A DNA stretch of 60,274 nt, the filler included. It is 8 parts of 8 records of this genome, joined end to end, with 100 filler letters (N's around TTAATTAATTAA, not from the genome) between each part and the next. Parts side by side here need not be neighbours in the genome. Positions count along the whole stretch, not along the records: positions 25,508 to 34,802 come from DRR723986_14422; positions 34,903 to 42,683 come from DRR723986_14426; 6 more parts are not named here. One strand, written 5' to 3'. Position numbers and translations under genes: made by a program. The notes below the pieces were generated by a model, which was not told the DNA's origin, made no database searches, and saw nothing but the letters and a program-made list of their open reading frames with translations. Below are positions 30,195 to 41,222 of this stretch, in pieces (the first letter of the stretch is position 1; each line of letters opens with the position of its first letter).

Positions 30195-31432
30195 GAGGCC
30201 GGTGCCCCCTCGCTATCCGCCAGTTTTACTTTCAGGCCTGTGATCGCATTGGGCAGGTGAGTGGTGATCAGGCGCATGCCCGGTTTCAGGTGTTCACTGG
30301 CGATCAACAACCGGCGCTCACCGTTCTCGCTGAGTGCCTCGCCGACCCGTTGCACCGTCACCCGCTGCATACGGTTATCATCAGTCATGATGTAAACACT
30401 GTCGGCCCCGTACAGTGCGCTGAAGGGTATGGCAATCAGGTTGTCCCTTGCTGGCCGCTGTAGCAGCAGTGGCTGCAAAGCCCCGGGCCGCAAGGCTCCC
30501 GATTCCCCGTTAAGCTCCAGCACCGCCTCGGTACCGGCCGGATCAGACAGGCCGGCAAACCGGACCAGCTCAAAGCGCTGGCCGGAATTCTCGGCGGTAG
30601 CCGTTAGTGTTGCCCCCTCGGCCAGGGCATCCACCAACTCGCCGAGATACATCTGCGGCACCCGCGCCCGGACTTCCAGCCCCTGTATCGGATAGATGCT
30701 CAACAACGCCTGATTGCGGGATACCTGATCGCCAGCCGCCACTTGCAGGTTGGTGACCATACCGTCAAAAGGCGCTGTTGATACCGCCCGCTCACCGTCC
30801 AGTTCTGCCGAACTCAGACTGGCCCGGGCCTGCGACAACCGGGCCTCAAGGCTTTGCAGCCGGGCCGGATGCTCGGCTATGGCCCGCTCCCGGGTACGAA
30901 CGGTCAACTCCGCCCTGGCCAGCGTATCGGTGGCAGCCTCAAGGTTCTCGCGGGAGGCCAGGTTGCGCTCAACCAGCGACTGAATGCGCTCAAACTGGCG
31001 ACGGGCGTTGTCCAGAATGGCCTTTTCACTCTCCAGGGATTGCTGATCGTTGCGGTATCGCACCTGTTCGGACCGCACCTGCGCCTCCAGGTCGGCGACC
31101 TGGGCCCGCGCCTGGGCAAGCACCGGCTCGATATCGGCGGCATCCAGCGCGACCAGCAAGTCGCCTTCGCTCACCTGCTGCCCTTCCCTTACCGGTAACC
31201 GGTCAATACGCCCGGCCAGCGTCGCGGTGATGGTCTGCAAATCCGGCGCTACCACCTCACCATACAACGGCAGTACCGGGGTCGCTTTGGCGGGACGTAT
31301 TTCCTGCACCTGAACCAGCCAGCTGCGCTCGGTGGCGGACACTTCCGCCGGTTCCGGCCGGGTTACCTTCAGAAGCAGAAAGCCGGCGATACCGAGGGCG
31401 ATCATCAACAGGGGGAGCAGTTTTCTGGACAT
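30191..31432 (-). CDS. RND periplasmic adaptor (membrane fusion protein)
   Basis: N-terminal TM; lipoyl half-motifs (GRIDRLPVREGQQV, APFDGMV...GDQV); coiled coil; 4-bp overlap with the RND gene. Confidence 0.9.
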   Translation of the reverse strand: MSRKLLPLLMIALGIAGFLLLKVTRPEPAEVSATERSWLVQVQEIRPAKATPVLPLYGEVVAPDLQTITATLAGRIDRLPVREGQQVSEGDLLVALDAADIEPVLAQARAQVADLEAQVRSEQVRYRNDQQSLESEKAILDNARRQFERIQSLVERNLASRENLEAATDTLARAELTVRTRERAIAEHPARLQSLEARLSQARASLSSAELDGERAVSTAPFDGMVTNLQVAAGDQVSRNQALLSIYPIQGLEVRARVPQMYLGELVDALAEGATLTATAENSGQRFELVRFAGLSDPAGTEAVLELNGESGALRPGALQPLLLQRPARDNLIAIPFSALYGADSVYIMTDDNRMQRVTVQRVGEALSENGERRLLIASEHLKPGMRLITTHLPNAITGLKVKLADSEGAPAS

Positions 31433-31546
31433 GGACAGTCGATACTCTGATTAAATGAAGATGCGCGAAGGCAACGAATTTACTATACAATTTTCAACAG
31501 GTTCCGGATTACTCCGGCAGGTTTCCCGGCTTCAGGACAGACTCCG

Positions 31547-31993
31547 TTGGACGCCAATCACGATACTCTGCTCAACGTCACCCTGCTGAACATCCTTCTG
31601 GTGTGCACTGTTGTGGTGATACATAACGAAGTCCTGATACGTCTGAGCGGCCTTCTCGCACGCATGCGTCAGAGCCACCATTTCCGTTTGATTGTGGCTG
31701 TGCTTGGCTGCCTGACCGCCCATGCCCTGCAAGTCTGGATCTTCGCCACGGCCTTTTATTTCATGCACCACGCCGAGGGCTGGGGCCAGCTAACAGGTAA
31801 CTTCAGCGGCACCATGCTGGACTGTGCCTATTTTTCCTTCACCACCTTCACCACTCTGGGCTATGGCGATATCGAGGCGATTGGCCAACTCCGGTATCTT
31901 ACTGGCATTGAAGCGCTCACCGGTTTTCTGTTGATTACCTGGAGCGCCTCCTTCCTGTTCCTGGAAATGCAGCGCTACTGGCCAACCCGATAG
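31547..31993 (+). CDS. Small ion-channel (Ion_trans_2, K+ channel pore) family protein
   Basis: YFSFTTFTTLGYGD selectivity-filter motif flanked by TM helices. Confidence 0.85.
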   Translation: MDANHDTLLNVTLLNILLVCTVVVIHNEVLIRLSGLLARMRQSHHFRLIVAVLGCLTAHALQVWIFATAFYFMHHAEGWGQLTGNFSGTMLDCAYFSFTTFTTLGYGDIEAIGQLRYLTGIEALTGFLLITWSASFLFLEMQRYWPTR

Positions 31994-32003
31994 CCACCAC
32001 GCC

Positions 32004-34802
32004 TCAGATCCATTTGCACCGGGCCAGGGTGTAATACAGCAAGGGCACCACGATCACGGTAAACAGGGTCGACATCGCCAGGCCGAACACCAGCGAAATT
32101 GCCAGCCCGTTGAAAATCGGATCACTCAGGATAAAGTAAGCGCCCACCATGGCCGATATAGCCGTCAACAGAATGGGCTTGATGCGCACTGCACCCGCCA
32201 TAACCACCGCCTTATCAAGCGCCATGCCCTCTGCCAGCAATTGCTGAATAAACACCACCAGCAGGATGGAATTACGCACAATGATGCCGGCCAGGGCAAT
32301 CATGCCAATCATACTGGTGGCGGTGAACTCCTTATCCAGCAAGGCATGGCCCGGCATGATGCCGATCAGGGTCAACGGAATCGGTGCCATGATGATCAGG
32401 GGCAGCAAATAGGAACGGAACTGGGCCACCAGCAGCACAAAGATCATGAAGACACCCACGCTGTACGCGGCGCCCATGTCCCGGAAGGTTTCGTAGGTAA
32501 TCTGCCACTCACCGTCCCACTTCAGAGTACCTTTTTCCGGCAACGGCGGTTGCTGGATAAAGAACTGCTCCGGAGCATCCGCCTGATTTTCCAGCAAGTC
32601 CACCATGCGGAACATGCCATAGAGGGGCGAGTCGATGTCTCCGGCCATATCGGCCGTGACGTAGGTCACTGGCAGCAGATCCTTATGATAGATGGCCCCC
32701 ATCCAGTCCGCCTCCCGCACGTCTGCGATGCTGGCCAACGGCACCAGTTCACCACTGCGACTGCGCACCTGTACCGAAAGCAGGGCCGAGGGCTGTGCCT
32801 TGTCACCCTCGGCCAGAATCACCCGAATCGGCACCGGGTATTTGGCCTGGTCATCATGCAGATAACTGACACCAGCCCCGCCTAGCGCGGTCTGCAAGGC
32901 GCTAACCACCTGCGCCTGGGAGACCCCGAGCCGGACTGCCCGAGCCCGATCCACCACCACTTCCCATTGCCGGGTGGGAGCCTCCAGGGTGGTATCAATA
33001 TCCACCAGACCCTCGATACCGTTCATATCGTCAGCAATCAGGGTTGCCAGTTCCGCCCGGCGGAAGGCATCGGCGGCATAGATTTCGGCCACCACTGGCG
33101 ACAGCACCGGCGGCCCCGGTGGCACCTCAACAATTTTCACCTTGGCACCGAAGCGATCGGCAATGGCTGTCAGCGGGCCACGCAGGCTCTGGGCAATCTG
33201 GTGTGATGGCCGCTCTCTGTGCCCGGAGCCGGCCAGATTTACCTGAATATCGCCCTGATAGGGTTCGCTGCGCAGATAATACTGCCGCACCAGCCCGTTG
33301 AAATTGATGGGCGATGCGGTACCGGAATAGGTCTGCCAGTCGGTGACTTCTGGAACCGTTTCCAGATAATGGCCCATATCAGTGAGCACCCGCTGGGTCT
33401 GTTCCACCGGCGTGCGCTCAGGCATATCCAGAATCACCTGCAGCTCGGATTTATTGTCGAACGGCAGCATCTTGAGAATGACCGCCAGAAAGACCGGCAA
33501 GGACGCTGCCGCCAGCGTCAGCAGCACCACGCCCAGACCCAGAAAACGGCGGCGCCAGGCATGGTCGCCCAAAAACGGTCCCAACACACCGTTGAAGATC
33601 TTCAGCGCCAGCGGGCTTGCACCCTCGGCGGAACTGGTGGCCTCACCGCCGTCGTCCAGCTCCTGGCCCTTTTTGTGTTTTAGCAAACGGAAGGCCAGCC
33701 AGGGGGCGACCACGAAGGCGACAATCTGCGAAACTACCATGCCGGCCGAGGCATTGATGGGAATCGGGCTCATGTAGGGGCCCATCAGGCCAGTCACAAA
33801 CGCCATAGGCAGCAGCGCGGCCATGATGGTCAGGCTCGCCATAATGGTGGGGGTACCCACCTCATCCACCGCCACCGGGATGATGTCCCTGATCGAACGG
33901 CGAGTGTTCTGGATGCGCCGGTTGATGTTCTCGGTGATGACGATGGCGTCATCCACCAGAATCCCGATGGAAAAGATCAGCGCGAACAGCGACACCCGGT
34001 TCAGGGTAAAGCCCCAGGCCCAGGAAAACACCAACGTTAGCAGCAGTGTAATCAGTACCGAAATACCGACAATCAGGGCCTGGCGCCAGCCCATGGCCGC
34101 CAGCACCAGCAGCATCACCGCCACGGTGGCGGACACCAGATCGGAGATCAGTTTCTGTGCCTTGTCGGAGGCGGTCACCCCGTAATCCCGGGTCACCAGC
34201 ACTTCAATATCCGGTGGCAGGGCCCGGTTACGAAGTTCATCCAGCCGCTGCTCGATGGCGGTGGTGATGTCGATGGCGTTTTCGCCGGGCTTCTTGGCAA
34301 TCGCCAGCGTCACCGCCGGATACACCTGGCCGGCCACGCCTGCCTTATGCTCCGGGTGGGCCGGGCCGAAACCGACCATCACGCTCTGGTCCGGCACCGT
34401 CCCGCCACGGCGCACTTGCGCCACATCATCCATGTAGACGGCCGCCCCATTGTGCATGCCCACCACCAGGGAACGGACATCGTCTACGGATTCCAGCAGC
34501 GTTCCGGCCTGTACCGGAATGGAGACGTTGTCGCGGGTTACTCGGGCTTCCTGGCTGGCCGCGTTGCCGGCATTGAGCGCACTCGCGATGTCCTCGGTGG
34601 TGAGGCCATAGCCCGCCAACAGCGCCGGATCAAACAGGATGTCCACCCGGTCCGGTACGCCGCCGAGGGTATAGATGTCCCGGGTACCGGGCACGCGCTT
34701 GAGGGCCACTTCGAGCATGTGCGTCAGCCGGGTGAGTTCTTCCCCGGAATGGGTGTTGGTGGGATCAAACAGGGTCAGGCTCATCACCGGCACATCGTCT
34801 AT
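32004..34802 (-). CDS. Second RND efflux permease (AcrB/CusA superfamily), 5' truncated
   Basis: LNRVSLFALIFSIGILVDDAIV, MGPYMSPIP, GIIVRNSILL, RIKPILLT. Confidence 0.9.
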   Translation of the reverse strand: MDDVPVMSLTLFDPTNTHSGEELTRLTHMLEVALKRVPGTRDIYTLGGVPDRVDILFDPALLAGYGLTTEDIASALNAGNAASQEARVTRDNVSIPVQAGTLLESVDDVRSLVVGMHNGAAVYMDDVAQVRRGGTVPDQSVMVGFGPAHPEHKAGVAGQVYPAVTLAIAKKPGENAIDITTAIEQRLDELRNRALPPDIEVLVTRDYGVTASDKAQKLISDLVSATVAVMLLVLAAMGWRQALIVGISVLITLLLTLVFSWAWGFTLNRVSLFALIFSIGILVDDAIVITENINRRIQNTRRSIRDIIPVAVDEVGTPTIMASLTIMAALLPMAFVTGLMGPYMSPIPINASAGMVVSQIVAFVVAPWLAFRLLKHKKGQELDDGGEATSSAEGASPLALKIFNGVLGPFLGDHAWRRRFLGLGVVLLTLAAASLPVFLAVILKMLPFDNKSELQVILDMPERTPVEQTQRVLTDMGHYLETVPEVTDWQTYSGTASPINFNGLVRQYYLRSEPYQGDIQVNLAGSGHRERPSHQIAQSLRGPLTAIADRFGAKVKIVEVPPGPPVLSPVVAEIYAADAFRRAELATLIADDMNGIEGLVDIDTTLEAPTRQWEVVVDRARAVRLGVSQAQVVSALQTALGGAGVSYLHDDQAKYPVPIRVILAEGDKAQPSALLSVQVRSRSGELVPLASIADVREADWMGAIYHKDLLPVTYVTADMAGDIDSPLYGMFRMVDLLENQADAPEQFFIQQPPLPEKGTLKWDGEWQITYETFRDMGAAYSVGVFMIFVLLVAQFRSYLLPLIIMAPIPLTLIGIMPGHALLDKEFTATSMIGMIALAGIIVRNSILLVVFIQQLLAEGMALDKAVVMAGAVRIKPILLTAISAMVGAYFILSDPIFNGLAISLVFGLAMSTLFTVIVVPLLYYTLARCKWI

Positions 34803-34902
34803 NNNNNNNNNNNNNNNNNNNNNNNNNNNNNNNNNNNNNNNNNNNNTTAATTAATTAANNNNNNNNNNNNNNNNNNNNNNNNNNNNNNNNNNNNNNNNNN
34901 NN

Positions 34903-35267
34903 CCCTGAAAACTGGAACGGCCAGCATGCCATGCCCTGTCCAGACAGCTGACAAACTGAATAACGGAACCATCCCGGCGAATCAACGCGTGTGCAGACAC
35001 CTTCAGCTCTGCGATCGTTTCAAAATAGGGGTGCGCAGCAGTATCCAGACAGTTACAGAAAAAATTCTCGATGTGCGGGCCGCCAAACTGTTCCGGCGGC
35101 AGGCTGATGTTGTGAACCACCAGCAGTGAGATACAGGAACCGTCCGGGCGGGGACCAAAATTGGGCGACGGACACCAACGCACGCCGGGGAACCGGCCAC
35201 TGGAACGCAAAAGTGCTGCCGCATCTTTCAGGGACTGTGGGTGATGATCGTTCTGGATACTAGACAA
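34903..35267 (-). CDS. ampD: 1,6-anhydro-N-acetylmuramyl-L-alanine amidase, 3' truncated
   Basis: SPNFGPRP, LLVVHNISLPP, VSAHALIRRDG, RAWHAG.S. Confidence 0.93.
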
Positions 35268-35372
35268 CGTGTTTCCATCGGCGCAGGGGACTCATGCAGA
35301 TGATTGAATCACAAAGCGCCCATGGATGCCACGACGTCGCCGGTGCCCTGCGCGGGCACTCAGTACCGGAGA

Positions 35373-37673
35373 TCAGTCTTTTCGGTTATGACGCAGGTTG
35401 TCGATGATGGACTCCAGCGCCCGATCAAAGATCAGGCCGTCATCCAGCATGGTGATCGCCTGCTCCTGCAGAGCAATCGCCAGGTCATCCCGATGATATT
35501 CCGCCACCTTCGCACCACTGCGGTTAACAAAGATGTACTTGCCGGTGGCCTTGATGAAGGCCGCCAGCTTGCAACGGACCCTGGTCTCGTCTCTGGCCAT
35601 CTCAACCCAGGATCCAACTCTCAGGCCGTCCGCCTTCGCCAGCCATTCCGCCGACGCTACTGGTGATTGGATCTCCGCGGATTCCTCGGCGACGGCTGCC
35701 GTCTCAACGCCGACTGAGACCTCAGCAGGCTTGACTGACGCAGGTTCAGCCACCTCGTCAATCACCTCCGGCGCAGGTTCCGATTGCTCGGGAGTTTCCG
35801 CCGGCTCTGCAGGAGCTTCAGGTACCTCGAAATTCTCAATCGTGGGTGCCTTGTCTTCAACAACCGGCGCGGTCACCAGTTTCTGGAAAACATCGACATG
35901 GGCAAGTTCCAGGTCCCGGATGGCCGCATCGGTTGCAAACGGATCCCAGGAGATTTCCTGAAGCGCCTTGCGGAGCTCTTCCACCACCTCTGGAATCATT
36001 CGCAACAGTTCCGCCCGGGTATCAGAAGACACCGGTCGCGGGTCAACACTCCACACCAGACGCTCGCTGAGCGCCGTTGCCTGGTGCCAACGCTCGCTAT
36101 CTTCACCTTCGCGCAATACCACCCACTGCAGATAACGGGTCCAGGGCTCGCTGAGTACCTGTAATACGGGTTCGGGAATGTCCCGGCCTGCGGTGTGCTC
36201 ACGGATAACATCGGTAGCAGCCTGACTGGCACGCTCCTGCCGGGCGCGCCCCTCTTCGGCATCCCGAAGGCGCTGCTCAACCAGCTCGCGACGCCGGCGA
36301 TCCAGATCCATGAAGTGACCAAAGTCCGTCAGCAATTCCTCGAACAGGCCATCCTGATCGGTGTATTCGGTAAGCACCCGGCCCACCACTTCCTCAATTT
36401 TTTCCCGAAGCGGATCACGCATTCCGGCACGTTTCTCACTCCAGCCAATGGCAGCAAGAGCTAGCTGATTCAACAACTTGCGAACCGGGTGGCCACCTCG
36501 GTTAAAAAAGTTCTTGTCTCTGAGCGCTACCTTGAGCACCGGAATCTGAAGCCGGCTAATCAATACTTTCATGACCGGATGTAACTGTCGATCTTCGAGA
36601 ATGAAGTCAAACAGCATCGAAACCAGATTGATCACGTCGCTGTCAACCTGACCTACCGAGAATTGCTTGCCTTCCGGCCCCTGCAACAGCGGCTGCAACT
36701 GTTGGCGCAACGGCACCACATTGTCGCCTTCGCCCTGCAGCGCTGCGCCCTGCAGTTCGCTAAGGCTCGCCATCAAACGATCGGTATCCAGAACAGCGCC
36801 GGTTTGTGTCATACCCGCACTACCGGATTCTCCCTGATGTAACAGTGCACTCAGTTCGCTGAAAGTAGGCGACGGCCCATGGTTATGGGCATCACCTACG
36901 GCACCCGGGGCCTTGTCCGCGGGCGCTGGCGAACCGTCTGCCTTTGGCGCACTGCGACCCTGCGCTACCTGAGCACCACCCACCGGAGCCCGTTTCATAT
37001 CAGACAGAACGCCCGCGGCAATCAGGGTTTTGTTACAGGCCTGGTAGAAATCGCTAAGCTTGTCCACCAGCAATCGCTCAAACAGCTTCAAAACCACCAG
37101 CTTGGCACGGATATCGATATCCAGATCAGTACAAGCATCGGAGATGGCGCCACAGATCACTTCCGGGCTGAGAGGCATCTGTTCGTCTGAGAGATCCAGT
37201 TGCGGAACGAGATGACGAATCCGGACCGCCAGCATGCGCACGGGTTCCTGGTATCGATTCCGAAGACGGTTGGTCAGATTGTCGATGGCAACCTGCTGCT
37301 CAAGATCAGAATGATCCACAAGGCTGAGAGATTCCTGATCCACCTCCTCGAGCGAACGGCCTGAGCGAACAGGCTCGAATCTATCCAGTTCGTTAAAGGC
37401 TTGGCTGACGTACTGCAGAACTGAAACCGTCATCGCCTTTCGGCGCAGTCTCAACTCACGCATGGCATCAAAGTATGCAGTCTGGTCCTGGTTGGAGCCG
37501 GCCCTGTCCGCAAGCGCGAACAGGCTATCGTCGACCTGCTCAAAGAAACTGACAAGCACTGACTTGAGTGACTGACCCGATATGTCACGCAGTCGCACCA
37601 GCTCTACCGGTAACGAGAACCGGCTCACCGGCTTCTGACCGGCCAAGCGGACTACCTTGTTATCGTGCGCCAT
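35373..37673 (-). CDS. DUF1631 domain protein
   Basis: DVINLVSMLFDFIL, LQIPVLKVAL.D..FF....HP.RKLLN, C-terminal GSWVE...RCKLAA...YIFVNR.G; position between ampD and nadC. Confidence 0.85.
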   Translation of the reverse strand: MAHDNKVVRLAGQKPVSRFSLPVELVRLRDISGQSLKSVLVSFFEQVDDSLFALADRAGSNQDQTAYFDAMRELRLRRKAMTVSVLQYVSQAFNELDRFEPVRSGRSLEEVDQESLSLVDHSDLEQQVAIDNLTNRLRNRYQEPVRMLAVRIRHLVPQLDLSDEQMPLSPEVICGAISDACTDLDIDIRAKLVVLKLFERLLVDKLSDFYQACNKTLIAAGVLSDMKRAPVGGAQVAQGRSAPKADGSPAPADKAPGAVGDAHNHGPSPTFSELSALLHQGESGSAGMTQTGAVLDTDRLMASLSELQGAALQGEGDNVVPLRQQLQPLLQGPEGKQFSVGQVDSDVINLVSMLFDFILEDRQLHPVMKVLISRLQIPVLKVALRDKNFFNRGGHPVRKLLNQLALAAIGWSEKRAGMRDPLREKIEEVVGRVLTEYTDQDGLFEELLTDFGHFMDLDRRRRELVEQRLRDAEEGRARQERASQAATDVIREHTAGRDIPEPVLQVLSEPWTRYLQWVVLREGEDSERWHQATALSERLVWSVDPRPVSSDTRAELLRMIPEVVEELRKALQEISWDPFATDAAIRDLELAHVDVFQKLVTAPVVEDKAPTIENFEVPEAPAEPAETPEQSEPAPEVIDEVAEPASVKPAEVSVGVETAAVAEESAEIQSPVASAEWLAKADGLRVGSWVEMARDETRVRCKLAAFIKATGKYIFVNRSGAKVAEYHRDDLAIALQEQAITMLDDGLIFDRALESIIDNLRHNRKD

Positions 37674-37710
37674 GTGGATGCTCCGGAATCGATCAGCTGA
37701 TGGTACTTAA

Positions 37711-38736
<1,026 letters not shown>

Positions 38737-38752
38737 TCCAGTCCCGGAATAA

Positions 38753-39094
38753 TCAGCGGCCTCCAGAGGACAACAGCCGATCCATCTCCTCAAGCGCTGA
38801 GATCAGCTCACGGCCGGACTGCTCACGCCCACGGAAATGCTCTTCTGCCATGGGCGCAATACCAGATACCTCTGGCAGCGCGTGACCGGCTTCCACCAGC
38901 GCCTTCATTTTTTCAAGAAACACGAACTGCAGCCACTGGGTGAAGTCCATGGTATCCAGGCAGAACGGCTGGGTACTCTGGAACGCCTCCGGTGGCAGGC
39001 TTTCTGTCTGCCAGACACCCAGTTGCCGAAGTTCAATTTCAATCTGCAGCAAACCGTCGGTCACCTGATCCAGGTGGCGTGCTTTTTCACTCAT
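38753..39094 (-). CDS. yqcC: YqcC (DUF446) family protein
   Basis: STQPFCLDTMDFTQWLQFVFL and IAPMAEE motifs; start ATG 39094. Confidence 0.85.
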   Translation of the reverse strand: MSEKARHLDQVTDGLLQIEIELRQLGVWQTESLPPEAFQSTQPFCLDTMDFTQWLQFVFLEKMKALVEAGHALPEVSGIAPMAEEHFRGREQSGRELISALEEMDRLLSSGGR

Positions 39095-39104
39095 GGGATT
39101 CCTC

Positions 39105-39902
39105 TCAGTCTGCCAATGGCTCCAGCTCAACAGACTCCCCATGCAGCACTCGGTATAGATCCTCATACTGGCGTGTGAGCGTGTGTTTCGGAGCCATGTG
39201 AATCAGCGGTTGGCGACTCTGGTGTGATTCTTTCATCTTGACGGAACTGGACAGGCACACCGGCAGCACCGGCAACCCCTCCTCCGTCAGCTCCCGAACC
39301 AACTGCCTGGGCAGGCTCGCCCTTGGCTGGAACTGGTTTGCAATGATGCCCTCAACAACCAGCTCCTCATTATGATCCTCCTGCAATTCGCGGATTTCAT
39401 GGAGGATGTTGTAGAGCGCCTGACGTGAGAAATCATCGCAGTCGAACGGGATCAGGCAGCGCTGGGCAGCAATCAGGGCAGAACGGGTGTAGAAATTCAG
39501 GGCCGGAGCGGTATCGATATAGATCTCATCGAAACTGTCGCTGAGCTTTTTCAGGAACTCCCTGAGCTTGTAGATCTTGTGCTTGGCTTCGAGTTTGCGT
39601 TCCAGAAAATCCAGCTCAGGGCTGGATGGCAACACGTACAGGTTGTCGAATGACGAGGCGTGTACAAACTCGTCAGGTCGACGATTGAAGACACTGAAGG
39701 CGACCGTCTGCTCCAGCAGATCGGCAACGGTATCTTTCAGCTCAGCCGCCGGCTTGCCCAGCAGGTAGTGGGTGGAGTTGCCCTGCGGGTCCAGATCCAC
39801 CACCAGGGTACGCTTTCCTCTTGCGGCGCTGATGGCCGCCAGATTACAGGTGATACTGGACTTGCCAACGCCACCTTTCTGATTGAATACAACCCGTCTC
39901 AT
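39105..39902 (-). CDS. ParA/Soj family ATPase (orphan)
   Basis: NQKGGVGKS deviant Walker A, VDLDPQGNST, IDTAPA. Confidence 0.9.
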   Translation of the reverse strand: MRRVVFNQKGGVGKSSITCNLAAISAARGKRTLVVDLDPQGNSTHYLLGKPAAELKDTVADLLEQTVAFSVFNRRPDEFVHASSFDNLYVLPSSPELDFLERKLEAKHKIYKLREFLKKLSDSFDEIYIDTAPALNFYTRSALIAAQRCLIPFDCDDFSRQALYNILHEIRELQEDHNEELVVEGIIANQFQPRASLPRQLVRELTEEGLPVLPVCLSSSVKMKESHQSRQPLIHMAPKHTLTRQYEDLYRVLHGESVELEPLAD

Positions 39903-39945
39903 GTCGTCTCTCCAATGGCCTTTATCGTTATTAATCCCTTTACCG

Positions 39946-40644
39946 TTACCATCCCATCACAGCTTTAACAAACGGAATGGTTAAACGTCGCTGGGCCTGC
40001 AGCGAATTCTCATCCAATGTATCCAGCAGCCCTAGCAGATCACCCAGCTTTCTAGGGGCCCTGCGCATGATGAAGCCGGCAACATCCTCACTCATCACCA
40101 GCCCGCGCTGCTCTGCCCGGGCCATCAGGATTCGTTGCCGATCCTCATCCCGGTACACGCCCAACTGAATGAGCAAGCCATGCGCCAGACGAGATCCCAG
40201 GTCTGCCAGTCCGAACGGCAGCGAAGCGGGCACCTCAGACAGACTGACCACCAGCAGGCCATTACGATCCAGCACCCGGTTGTACAGGTGGAAAACCGCC
40301 TCCTCCCAGCCGGGATCACCCGCGGCATGCTCCAGATCGTCAAGACAGATCACATCATGACTGTCCAGGCCCGCCAGGGCGTCCGGGCCGAACGGCAGCA
40401 GCTCGACAATGCTGATGCAGACGGCGGTTTTTCCCATCTGCTCGGACTCATGGCAGATCGCCTGCAACAGATGACTTTTGCCGGTATCGGAATCGCCACA
40501 GATCACCACTACCGGAAGCCCCGACGGCTCCCGGCACACCAGCTCCAGCCGCTGTGCGGCCGAACGGTTACGGTCGCCGTGAAAGTTGTCGAAGCGGGCA
40601 TCGTCCCGGAGCTTGACCCCCAATACCATTTGTGAGGCTTTCAT
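39946..40644 (-). CDS. hda: DnaA regulatory inactivator Hda
   Basis: Clamp-binding-like QMVL N-terminus, FDNF, GKSHLLQA, LDD, WEEAVFHLYN, DLGSRL, RRLTIPFVK; start ATG 40644. Confidence 0.92.
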   Translation of the reverse strand: MKASQMVLGVKLRDDARFDNFHGDRNRSAAQRLELVCREPSGLPVVVICGDSDTGKSHLLQAICHESEQMGKTAVCISIVELLPFGPDALAGLDSHDVICLDDLEHAAGDPGWEEAVFHLYNRVLDRNGLLVVSLSEVPASLPFGLADLGSRLAHGLLIQLGVYRDEDRQRILMARAEQRGLVMSEDVAGFIMRRAPRKLGDLLGLLDTLDENSLQAQRRLTIPFVKAVMGW

Positions 40645-41201
40645 GACCGCTTCGCCCTCCAGGCCCGCAAACTCCAGACTGCAACATAATGGCCCCCGCT
40701 CACCAGCGCGCTGACAGCAACCAGCCAGATCCCGGTGTCGATGACCCAGGGCTGCATGGGCAAACCCGCCAGCAGGATGATAATGGCGAGCGCCACCAGT
40801 ATCTGGACAAACGTGTTGATCTTGCCCGGAATACTGGGTTCCATATCGAAGCGGCCGATGCCGTAATGAAAAGCCAGGCCGCCGCAGACAATGACAAGAT
40901 CCCGACCCAGCACCAGGGCAAACAGCCACAGCGGAAGTACACCGGTAATGGTGAGCATGAGGTAGGCCGAAATCAACAGCGCCTTGTCCGCGAGAGGGTC
41001 GGCCACAGCGCCAAGCCGGGAGCGCCAGTTGAAATGACGAGCCAGAAACCCGTCAAAGGCATCGGTCAGTGCGGCAACGAAGAATATCACCAGAGACAGC
41101 CGGTAGTTACCTTCCAGCAGCGCGCCGGCGAACGGCACGATCAGCACCATTCGCAGGAATGTCAGTGCATTCGGGATCCAGCGCCACTGCTTAGAACTCA
41201 C
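40641..41201 (-). CDS. CDP-alcohol phosphatidyltransferase (PgsA-like)
   Basis: IPNALTFLR, TDAFDGFLAR...G..ADPLADK signature. Confidence 0.92.
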   Translation of the reverse strand: MSSKQWRWIPNALTFLRMVLIVPFAGALLEGNYRLSLVIFFVAALTDAFDGFLARHFNWRSRLGAVADPLADKALLISAYLMLTITGVLPLWLFALVLGRDLVIVCGGLAFHYGIGRFDMEPSIPGKINTFVQILVALAIIILLAGLPMQPWVIDTGIWLVAVSALVSGGHYVAVWSLRAWRAKRS

Positions 41202-41222
41202 CGGGCTGCCTCCATCAAGCCA

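Noticed and set aside
25508-34802. Two RND pumps plus an ABC transporter as a novel or mobile resistance island
   Set aside because: No integrase, transposase or compositional break; looks like ordinary chromosomal transport genes
39105-39902. ParA as a sign of a plasmid or prophage
   Set aside because: Embedded among core genes (nadC, yqcC, hda) with no parB or rep nearby
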